A stretch of DNA of 64,000 bases, taken from assembly GCA_964106645.2 (NCBI GenBank), contig OZ067043.1. One strand, written 5' to 3'. Positions 23,801 to 35,800 of the stretch are shown piece by piece. The DNA is from Podarcis pityusensis (Eukaryota). The notes beneath the pieces are model-generated. The model was not told the origin of the DNA. It saw nothing but the letters and a program-made list of their open reading frames with translations, and did not search any database. How positions within the stretch are numbered: position 1 is the stretch's first letter; the number at the start of each line of letters is the position of its first letter. A program made the translations under genes and the position numbers.

Positions 23801-26800
23801 AAGTCCTCTTTCTAAACAGCTTGTTCAGATTTTCTTCTGCAGTTCGTTGCAATGGAGAAGCAAGGGGCAGCTTTGTATCTAAGATCAACTTGATGTTTTC
23901 TGCATAATAGTGAGGGAAACGATTTGCTTGAATATCATAAAAAAACCAGTGCCCCCCCCCCCCGTTCTGGCATAATGAAGATCTTACAAATTAACAGATT
24001 TGTTTGAAAGTGCCCTGATAATGTCCTGTATTCTTTCCTACTCCTGATAATTTCCTTAATTCGATAATAGTCTTTTAAAGCTTGCAGAGTAACCAAGTGC
24101 TGGCAATCAGGAGTTTAGAGAAATTTGAAGGGGGGAGAAGCAGTTATCACTACAAGTTCTATACAGATCTTTTGCTTCTACAATTAATTATCAGAAATTA
24201 ACAGCTGAATTTGGTTTTCAAAAGACCAAACCTGATCATTGTAGTCCTTAAAGAATTGAACAAAAGCAGTCTTCCCTTCCTCAATCTAGACCTCTTGGGA
24301 AGAGTGGGGTGTAGTAGTCACTTTGGAAAAGGGGCAGTTTTGTATGATTCAAATATATTGTGTGCCAATGAATTTGAAATGTGTGCACAAATTTCATATC
24401 TCCCCTCACTTTTTTTGGGAGAAATTAATTTATTCCTGTAGACTTTCATGCTGCCAGCTTAGAATAGAATGAAGGCTTTAAATTTGTGTTCTCTCTGAAT
24501 GTGGACTTCTTTTATATTTAACCTTAATATTCCCTCTGTGTTAATATACATTTTGTCAGGCAATTTTAGTGATACGTTTTCTTGCTACCCTATCCTCCTT
24601 GCTAAAGAGAACATTGGCAAAGAATAGGTGTGTGTTTGGGTTCTGCTTTGGGGCTCTTGCCCTGAGTCTATGGGATGAGGCAAGAGGTTTGGACTCTAGA
24701 CTGCTAAGTCTTTGATAATGAGGCAAAAACAGTAGGATAAAAGAAAGTTCTTAGCAGCCTCAGAGCCAGGGAGCGCACTGGGAGATGCTGTGGCGCAATT
24801 GTTTAGTTCACAGCTGGACACCTTCCACCAAGAAAGGCTTCCAGCCGGCAGTTTTACTTGTTACCTGCTAACTAGGATCTTGTAGACAAATTGGTGGTCA
24901 GACCAATTAAAAAGAAATAGGGGGAGAGGGAGCTTTCATTCCCATTGATTCACACATCCACCCTCACTGGCTTTTAAATATTTACTAGCCAACTGAGCAC
25001 TTTTTTAGCACTGATTAATGAGGTACAATCTACTGTGGTGCTTGCTTTCTCGGAGCACGGGGCTGGGGGGGGGCTAGGATTGTACTACGCATTCAAGATA
25101 AACGAGTATTTTGGTCAAAGCTTGGCACGAGGGATGGGGGCGGCTTAGGTATGTGTATATATTAAATGCATGTTCTCAATATTTGATTTGTTTCGCTGTG
25201 AAGCAGTTGTGTGCGATGCCTGTTTACTCTTCACCAGAGGCCCTTGGCCATGCGCCTTCTCTCTGACATTAATGCAGAGCCAGACCTCATCAGCTGCTAA
25301 CGGGGGAAACATCTGTCTTTCTTCGCTTGATCAATACTGTCCCTTCAGAGGCCGAGCCTTGAAAGCAGTTACATAAAATACCAGTAATATTTATTTGGAT
25401 TTGATAAATTTAATTACTTGGAACAATTAATAATTTATCTCTTTAGTATTGACTGTGCTGCAAGGCATTTTGGTGAGATAAGCTGATGGTAATCAGCACC
25501 TTCTTATTAGCCGGAAATTGTATGTTGCCACGATGGGAAAAGACTTCCAATGGTTAGAAAGATGAAGTGTTCTTGTTGCTTTTACTGACACATTCATGTA
25601 GTAACAGCGTGCAGAGCTAGACTCCACTACACAAATGTGTGAGATAATAGCTTGGGACATGGAGCACGTGGCAAGATGGGCGGAAAGTGTGATTTGAATG
25701 TCATCTCTGTTTTACTAACAGATATTGAGCGCTGAAGCAATACAACTCAGAAGTATTCTTCTAACCCTTCATCAGTATGTCCAGTACTGCGGTGGTTCTC
25801 AGATCTTTTACTTATGGGAGACTGGTTGTAAAAAATGTGGGGCTTGTGTAATACTGTCATGCCAGTGGATAGGATTTCCTCTCCTCCCCATCTGCTCCAA
25901 AGGGTCTCCCAGCTTTCTGGAGGGAATTTGGGGAGATTGCGGAAGGAGGAAAGGAAGGTTAAGTAGAAGTTTTTGTCGTGCCAGTGTGATGCCACAAATG
26001 GCTGTCACCCTTGATTAATTGAAAGATGAGATTTCATAAGCTAAAGCGCCTGATCACAAATGCACCAAATGGGCAATGAAGGTTTCGTACGAATGTGCAA
26101 GTGTGTGTGCACCCACTTACCCCCTGCATTTGGGGCCAAATTTAAAGTGCTGGCTTTAGCGATTGAAGTCTTAAGTCCAGGTTATGTGAAAGACTGCCTG
26201 TACCTGCATCAGGCTGCCTGAGCTTTATGATAAGTTATGGACACTATATTTTCTGAACTGTAGATTAGAGGCTAATGGGTATCAAGAAAAGGGCCTTTTC
26301 AGTGGTGATCCCACAGTTACAGAATATGACCCCCACCCCCTGCCCATGAAGTGACTTTTACTTGCTTTCAGAAAAGGATCCTTAAGATGTTCTTATTTTA
26401 ATCATCTTTTTAAATTCTTTTTTTAAAAAATAGTTGTCTTTTACTGCTAACTTTAAATGAATTACTTATATGATTGAATGCATCTGTTCTATTACTGGTT
26501 TTATATGCTGCCTTGGGAGGACAATTGTCCTGCCAAGTGGAATGTAAATCTTTAAATAAACAAATACCTGTTACCTGAATTACTAGTTTTGCTAATAATA
26601 TTTGCATATATTGGTTTATTAATTCTGCCTATAGTGCACTTCTGAGATTTAGCTCTAGGCAGAAGGTTGGACATTGAAAGGCTTCTGGTCCTTTCAGAAT
26701 ATTGGGTTTGGGGCATGTATCCATGTAGTAAGGTGTTAAGTTTTGTTAGAGCCCATTATTTGCCAGAATTACTTCTAGGCATGTGCCAGATTGCTTAACA

Positions 26801-29800
26801 TGGCCTGGAAGTAATTTTTGCAGCGTAATCTTGGAAGAATTTGGTCCCCAATCAGAGTCAACCTTCCTGTGATTTGCGTATAGTAAAATGCAGCTGTGAG
26901 TGAAAGAATTTCCTTAAAAGTGAGCTGTCATTACAAAAATAACCTAGAATCCACATAAAGGAAAGAACAGCTGAAAAGCGTAAATACTTTGCATAGCTGT
27001 GAACAATCAAATACTAAAGGAAGAACTCTACTCAATCTGCAGCTGTGACTGAAAAATGCCAAGAGGATGTTGGGTCACATAAAGGAAGGGAAACCCATAT
27101 GGAAAATATCCTAATGCTCCTGGACAATTTGATGGTTCCCTCTTATCTGGGTAATGTCTGCATCACTGCTCACTTTATCCTTCAAAGGAAATTACTCAGT
27201 CGGAGCTTGAGAAGGTGATTTCACAACCTCCTTGGGCAGCCTGTTCCATCGCTGTAGTGATCTGACAGTTAGGAAAACCTTTCCTAATGGATGACTTAAA
27301 TCTAAATGCTTTTAATTGAAATCCTTCGGTCTGTGTCTTATTCCTAAAAGACATGGTGAAGAAAAGTTCTCTCCATCTTGGGAGTTGAGGATGGAGGTGG
27401 AAACCCACCAGGAATGCCTTTCTGTGTAACCCTCACTGAAATGAGTTGAAGTTGCACAGCAGTACAGTATTTGTGTGTAATGCCCATTGATTCCAGAGCC
27501 GCTGGCTCAGAACCCAAAGTGGATCATGCTCTGCATGTGAATCTTTAGATATGGTTACAGGAAATCTAGGACAGCATAAAAATGGCTGATGGTATGCATT
27601 TAGTAGATTATTGTTTTACAATAAACCTTGAAGAGTGGCAGACAAAAATCTGCCCTTTGATCAGATTTAAATACAACAGAGGATGAGCTCACTTCTCTAG
27701 GGTGACCATAGCATGGAATTTAAAGCCAGTTTGGACATTTCTGTGAGTGAAAAAGAAAGCAATTCAGGGCTTGAGCAATTAACAGGAAATTAAAAAACTC
27801 TAATTCCAGGGATGTTTCTAGTGCCTGATTGGAAGCTGTAGAAAAAAGAAGACAGATTTTTCTTTTTCTTTTTTTAAATAATATTTATTGATTTTCCAAC
27901 CATTTAAACACAATAAAGCAGAAAAAAGAAAAAAGAAAAAGAAAAAGCAAAGCAAAGAAACGAAAAAACACAATATTAACAAAACAAGACCATTTAAAAC
28001 CATTTAAAACACAAAACAATTTCAATATCTTAACTTTCATTCCCTTATTTCCACGACCTCCTCACACCTCCCTTTTTGTATTCCACTTCTATTAATTGTT
28101 TCAGCAATTCCTTTCCATCTCCCTCTGTTTTCTATCCTATAATTATCTTAACATATTCTAATCTTATTTTTCCCTTTAATACTCTATTAGTCTATTTATA
28201 CTTAATTCCTTATAGCATTTCTACTAAAGCCATATAACTTCATTCCAACATTTTTCTAACATTCATTATTTTTACAATATTTCTATAAATAATCTTAAAC
28301 TTTTTCCAGTCTTCTTCCACCGACTCTTCTCCCTGGTCTCGGATTTCTGCCAGTCGTTTCCGCCAATTCCATATAGTCCATCAACTTCATCTGCCATTCT
28401 TCCCGGATAAATAAATCTTGTGTCTTCCAGTTCTTCACAATGAGTATTCTTGCTGCTATTGTTACATACGTGAAAAGAGTTCTATCCTTCTTTAACACCA
28501 ATTGGCCGACCATGCCCAGGAGAAAGGCCTCTGGTTTCTTCAAAAAGGTATATTTAAATACCTTTTTCATTTCATTATGAATCATCTCCCAAAGTGTCTT
28601 AATCCTTGGGCATGTCCACCAAAGGTGAACTCTAATCCTCAAATTCGTCTGTTTTTCTTTAAGTTCAGTCATAGCAAGCGTCAACTTATATTCATCAAGT
28701 TTCTTCTGTAGGACTGGGGCTCTCTTGCTCTTTCTCTCCAGTTGTGTTTCTTTACATTCAGCAACAACAGCTTTTTCCCTGGCCTCCTCCGCAGTTTGCC
28801 GTATCGAAATAGGTTCCTGTGTCAATTTCTGGGTAGTTTCTATATTAGTATTATTTATACTTTCTATACTTAAGTTAGTTTTAATGATTGAAACATCCAC
28901 TTTTGCATTTATTGTGTCCATTTTCCTGTGAAGCTGATCCAATGAATCATTTATCTTAAATAATGCAGCCACTAGAGCCTCTTCTGTCAACATTTCTCTT
29001 GGTTTTACATATACTGGTACCAAGGCTGCCACAGAAAAAGCAGGGGGGCCTGATGGTGGACCTCTCCTGGATTGTTGCCAAGTCCTCCCAGACCTTAATG
29101 TTTTGTCAGCAGTTGACTGGTCCGTTTTTCCTCTTCCATTAACCATAACACTTAAAAGATTCAAGGTCAGTCCCAGAGTCTCACGGTTTTTAACTTGCAG
29201 CTGGAAATTTCCCTAACCCAACTCTTGTAAAGCAACCGGTTTCAGAGGCTTCCACTAGGGGGAAACAGTTTCTATTTGTAATAGTCAATAGTATCCTCTT
29301 TTAAACAATCCGAAAATTAGTTTCAAGTTAGTTTCAATTTTCAGTTACTTTTACTCCTTTTTAAAGCAGCCGGAAACAGTAGAAACAATGTATTTCTCTT
29401 GTTTAACTAGCTGTCAATGAACATTCCAAAAGACGTCAGTCCTACCAGCAGCCCGTTTCCAGGGTCAGAGCGGCGGTGTTTTAGATCTCTTCGCTCTCTC
29501 CTGCAGGCATATTCAGTCCACAACTTCCCCCCCTCTTCTCCTGCCTCCAAAGGGAGGTTTTGTTCTTTGCCGATGGAAATTTAATCTTTTACAAAAGACT
29601 TTCCAGGACTCCAGCTTGCAACTTCATTGCCTCAGTCTATTTACAAAAGGGGAAGGCGGACTTCCTGTTTTGAACCTCCCCGCTTTGATACCAAATTATA
29701 CTTTTAAAAATCCAATTCTCCCGTTTCAGCTCTACTCATGGGTAATTACTTTAAAGTCAAATTGTCCACAGGAAAAAGTCAGCGCTCTCCGGCAACGGCT

Positions 29801-32800
29801 GTGCGGCTTCGCTCAGTGGAAGAAGCAGACGATTCGAAGCACCGCGCCACTCACCCCACGTCACTCCGGAGCCCCGAAAACGGGTTTCCCCACGAGTAGG
29901 GGAGGCGCAGAAGGTGCCCGCCGAATCCCACGTTCACAGGCTTCTCCCACCTGTGATTTTTACGGGTCTCCGCCTTCGCCGTGGCGGCCAGACCCAATTT
30001 CCCACGGGGCAAATTCCTCCCGGTCAGAGGAATTCCGCCATTGCCGATGGCGCCAACCCGGAAGTCCAAAGAAGACAGATTTTTCTGATACTTGTTGCTG
30101 CAAGAGTCTGGCACTTTTGTTTGAAATCTTTGCAATTGGACCATGGACTTCAGTTGAGCCCAGATGTGGTGGCACTCTCCTTGCAGAATTTTATGAGACC
30201 TAAATGTATCTCAATCAGTGTTCTGAGCAGGCTTAAGGAAAATGGTAATGGTTTAAATAATACGCTCATAATAGCCCTTACACACATGCTTACACACATT
30301 CTTACAGTGTCTGGTAGGATTCTTGATCATTGTGGCATAGAATGTAAGCACAAGTTCTTCAGTAGGAAAACCCATGAAGAAATGTAGTAGCTGTGCAGGA
30401 CAAGTCGGAGCCTTCTTTGTGGTGGCACCCTATTTGTGGAGTTTTCACTTATTAACAGCAGAGGTGGCAAACCTTCATAAAGACAAAGAGCTGCATTCCC
30501 GTCTGTGAAAGCTTCTTGAGGGCCACATGCCAGTGGCAAATGAGGCTGGAGGCAAATGTGGGCCAAGCAGCAAATGTAAATGTTGTCTTTATACCATAAA
30601 CTAGTTTCTACACACACTGATGCACCCACCCTGCTATTCTCTGTCAGGACAAGCAAGAGGCATTCTCAGAGTTCAAGGACACATTCCAGCCAGGCAAAGG
30701 GTATGAAGCAGGGCCTGTGATGGGTGTTGCCTGGGGAGAGTCCTGAGGTTCGGCCAGAGAAGCCTAGAGGGTTTCATTTGGCCTCAGGCCTGAGGTTCCC
30801 CACCCACAGCTATGTTAGGCACCTACACTGTGACCACGTGAACAGCAAATGAGGTGTACCTGTTTACTCAAACTTTTTAGGTTTTAAACAACTGACTGAT
30901 TTAGCTCTCTTCTCCTTTTTAGTTGTCTTTGTTGGTGTAAGAACATATTTTTTTGTTTTACTGCTTTTTCAAAATAAAAGAGGACTTGGAAGTGTGCCAG
31001 GCGTGAATATTCTTGCCTGTATTGGTTCATTGTCTTACTCTGGCAACCAGGAGGTTGTTTACTAGTCTGCTCCCTGCCAGTCTCATTGGTGGTTCAGGGA
31101 GAAAGTCCCACCTACTTGCCCCTCTGCAAACTTGCTCTCTTCTTCCAGTCACGTGGCCTTGATTCATATATTGGTGTGTTGCCCTTTTATTTATTTTTCT
31201 CTTTCTGCACAGTTCATGCATTTACTGGTTGTTTATAGCGAGGACAAAGGCTCAGAGTCCCTAAATCAAAAGTGATGCTGGCATAATTATAAGCACAAGC
31301 TGGCGTTGCAAAGAGGGCTGCAGGGAGAGGTTGTCAGAAGACGGGAGAATCCAAGATATATTAACCTCAAAAATTCCAGCTAATCACTTCTTCAATGTGA
31401 GCAATCCATTTTTTGAGATATGATTATTTGGGGACTTTAGTAATAATAAATAATTCTAATAGATTACAAACAGGGAGGGCCTGACACTACATGCTTTTCA
31501 AGAATCCTTCCATTGCACTTGCTTAACAACAAACTTTCTCCGGTGTTGCAGTGGGGTGCTAAGGGAAGCACTTTATTGCCTAGTGGAAAATAGCAGGTTG
31601 TGATTGGCCACCTTTAATCTAATGTGGCTCCCGAAGGCTTTCAATCTGCCATAAATCCCAGCATGTAGTGTTGCCATTTTGAGCTGAGATGTGTTGCCAG
31701 ATACAGAATGGTTGTTTCAGATATGTAGCCTGAAGATTCCATCTAGGTGGCTAATGGCCACCAGCATTTTTCGGAAGCATCTTTGTCAAACTGATTCAGC
31801 CCTGTGCCTCATCCCAATGTTTTGTTTCCAGCACTATCCAGTCAAAGAGCAATGCTAAACAGCTGGATTATTGCATTAATCTGCCCCCATTAAAGATCCA
31901 TGCAAGATTTGTCTGGGAAGGAAATGGAGAAGTGTGCATAGGAACAAAACTGCACATGCTACTAATATCAACTTCATACTTGGTTTTACATCAGCCTTCA
32001 GTACATGTACCAACATGTGACTATTGACATCCCCAGTTTTGCTCATAAATTGATACAAGCATCCTTTTGAAGCAGAAAGGGTTAATTGACAGAGTTGGGA
32101 ACGAAGCTGTATCTCTTCTTATCCAGTGTAGCGGGATCTCTGCTGAAGGGCTGGTGCGGAATGTGGACTCTTAATGCAGGGAAACGTCCTTCCTGCACAT
32201 TATTAGGGCAATAACTTGGGACTCCTGGATTTGAGGAACTTTAGTGAGCTCTGTCAGAAAGGCACTTCTATTACAGGCGTTGGGTTACCCAGATCTCTTT
32301 GTGGGCAAATAGTCCTGAATCTCACTCCTGAACCTAGATAGGTCTCTGAAGGAAGCAGAAAAGAGCATAGAACATCAACAGTTTTAGTCACAGGTCCTGC
32401 TTGAGGGAAACGCCACACATAGCCAGGGGAATAGGTCCTTGTGGTAGCCAAAACCAGCACCGTTTATCAGAGTCCTGCATTTTGTAGCCTGAGAGTTCTG
32501 TCAAACTTGATTGCACCAAAAATCTTGCAAGATTTGAGAATGCCTGCTCTTCTTAGCTGCCTGTGCTTTTGGCTGCCGAGGTGAGTGGAGCATTGGGCCT
32601 TCCCGCTGCCGCTGAGACAGCCAGGCTAACGGAGCCTACCTAACAGATTATCAGCGCCCTGTGAGTAATAGACTCCTCATTTAGTTTTAATACATTTTGC
32701 ATAGAGAGCAATCAACCTTCATCAGTCTTAAAGATGAATTGGCTTAGCCAGCTAAATTTTAAAGATATTAGTTCGACAGCAGCCGCATAAATCATAACGT

Positions 32801-35800
32801 TTTCTTAATGACGGTAAAATTAAAATATACTCTTGCTTGAAGAAGCCAATGGAGCTTTCATGTTCACAGGCCAAATCCTCCCCCAAAATTAAAGGAAAGC
32901 TTAATTGATGTTCTCTAAAGCCGAGTAAACTCAAAACAGTCCCGCTTCTCCTGAGTTGGCCTCGTATTTCTTCTGCGGTCTATTGGTAGATCTAAATCCA
33001 TCCAGACTGCTTCTGTCCCTTCCTATTCTTGAAGCTGCCAATATATCAGGCCAAAACATAGCAAGGCAATAATCCTGGCTGTTTAAAGACTCTGGGTCCA
33101 GCTGTCAGCCCTTCCTCGCTTGTCATTGATGGAGCTCTGATTGACACATGAAGGAGATCCTCCTTATTTCCTTCTGCTAGTATATAGAAGACAGCATATC
33201 TGGAGCTGCGATTAGCAGGGAGGAGTGAGCTAGAAACCTAGCAAAGCTCTTTCAGATAGGAAAGGTGCTTATTCTGAATGGAAAGCATCACATGGCTTCC
33301 CCCCAGATCTCAGCCATGCAAGTGTTGTTCTACTGGCTAGAAAACTTATATAGTGAGGTGGTAGATTTTCTAAGGATACATGAAGAGCCTCAAAACAGGA
33401 TGTGATGAAATAGTGTTGCCTTGTGAGGAGATGCTGTTCTCTTAATCAGGGTACCATGTGTTAAGAATCTAATCTTCCATATTTTATTGCTGACCCTTGT
33501 TGGCATCTTCAGAATCCCATTAGACATCTCATTCTGGCTACTTCCACATACTCTAAGGCAGGGTTTCTCAAACTTGGGTCTCCGGCTGTTGTTGGACTGC
33601 AACTCCCATCATCCCTAGCTAGCAGGACCAGTGGTCAGGGGTGATGGGAATTGTAGTCCAAAAGCAGCTTGAGGCCCAAGTTTAGGAAACCCTGCTCTAA
33701 GGGAACCTCTGCCTGCCCTTTGCGGATTTGGGAATTCTTCACAATCCCCATTTCTGGCCTGAAGTTCTGAGAACCTACTGCAAAGGGATGGGCACTATGG
33801 GGGGTAGTAATGACTAAGAGAAGGCAAAAATTATTGTTGCCTCATGAGAATTCTGATAGTGCCTACCTGAAACCAGGCCTCTGATTGGCTTACCTTGGCA
33901 GCCAGTAGAAATCTGTTTCCCTCTCACCACTGCAGTTGATCCCTTCACTTGTAGGTGAGGCTGATTTATGTGAGTATCTGTGCTGTGTCTTTCCTGATTT
34001 TAGGCTGATTGTTTTTCACAAGATGGTTGTAACCATGCTGTGATTGTCCATGAGGCTGACAGCCTTGGTGGTGTGTCCCAGCAGTATTTGTCAATGCAGA
34101 GAGATGCTTTACATGCTATAATCCTCCTGCGAGTTGGTAATGCGAATCTGCTCTAAATTATTTAACTGGTCAGAGGCTGGAAGCAACTGGGAAGTTTTTC
34201 CAGTTTCCTGCTCCCAGTATCTTCATGACTTGGAAGTGGCCCTTTGAGAGAGGCTGATATCTGTATTTCCTATTGAAAAATCAAGGAGCACCGACCTGAT
34301 ACTGGAAACTGAGCAGTGGTGCTTGTGTAAGAAAAGGGCAAAGGGCAGAAATGGAAAGAGGCAGGTATCCAAAGTCGATGTCCTTCCAGGTAGTCCTTGT
34401 TATACTTGGGTTTTTGGAAGCCCAAAGGGTGTGTTTGAAGGCCATTAGCTTGGCTAGTTTTCCCTTCATGCTCAAGTCCCCCTTTCCCACTTGAAATTGT
34501 GCTTGAGTTCTTTGTACTTTTCTTTAGCTGAGTTGCTCCTGCCTGTAGGGTTGTAGTGAGGGTGGTTTGGGGTTTTTTTTGAGCTAAGCGTGATCTCATG
34601 CCCAGCTTGGGTTCCGTTCCCTGCCCCTGCCTAATACTTCCCTGCTCCCCATACCCCCCTCAGCTCCACTGTGAATGTGTGTTCACACTTCTGCCAATTG
34701 AGTTAGTGTGTGTGCTCTTTGTGCCTCTTTGCGTCTTTTGTTAGAAAACTGGCTCTGTAAATGAATCCCACGGCTCTGGGCTCGGCAGGTAAAGGGAGAA
34801 GGAAGTCTGTTAGTGCACGAGTCTAATCAGGCTGGCAAGAGCAAGTAAAGTAGGGCAGCATCGCACATTAGCTGCTGTGTAATTGAGCTCTTTGATGGGC
34901 AGGGCACTGCGGGAGAGGGTTCGAAGCGGAGCAGAACTTTTGTTGTTAATTCAGTTGCACATGGAAGCTGTAAAGCTGTGCATCTCCGCATCTTGGCACC
35001 GGGAGGAACTGAAAAGCCCTTGCGACCAGGCTTTTCAGTCCCTGCCCTTGGCCCTCGTCTGCAAACTTTCAGGCCTTCTTTCTGCCTCCCTCTCCCAGCA
35101 CTTGATTTCCCTTTTCTCTCTTTCTTTCTTTGGCTCGCTTTTTTCCCCGTGCACTATAAAAAGCAAAGCTCCCTTGCCGTTTGAACTAGGCGGCTGTGAG
35201 TGAGGGCTAGCTCAGAGCTGTGTGGCTGTTACCTTTGTATTCCAGATGAAACTGCCGAGCTCCGTGGGACAGAAGAAGATTAAAGCCTTGGAGCAGATGC
35301 TGATGGAACTCGGAGTAGGTGAGTAAAGAGGGCAGGTAGAGAGAGAGAGAGACCCATGGAGCAAAGCCTTTGTAGTCGAGAGGGGCTATTTTTTCCCCCA
35401 AGTAATACAGCCAGTTCCTTGAATAACACTATGTGAATGGGTTTGAAAATAAGATCTTATGTGTTTTGTTAAAAAAAAAGAAGCAGCAGCAGAGGGGTAA
35501 AAGCCAGAAGATGATGCACAAGAATATCCCCCCTCAAAAAATTCCTCCCAGTCGAAAAGTATTTGAACAGAGTCTTTTGTCTCTTTCTCTCTTGTTTGGG
35601 TTCTTTAAGCCATCGAGAGTGACAGCCCAGTATTAAGGAGGCAAATCTCTTCGTGCAGGGAGAGGTACTGTGAAAGGGGTTAGTGGCCATTGTCTGTGAG
35701 ACTCTGCCTGGCTTTTGTGCATCCTTGTTGCTCCTCTTCTGGATGGGTCCCACGCGACCTGTGTGGGGATATGCCTGGCCTGCACTTTTTGGCTAAGGGG

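Noticed and set aside
29616-30387. Overlapping ORFs of 195 and 157 aa
   Set aside because: They arise from the GC-rich L1 5'UTR and run through the TSD into flanking DNA, so they cannot be element-encoded as called. A shorter ORF0-like antisense frame is not excluded.
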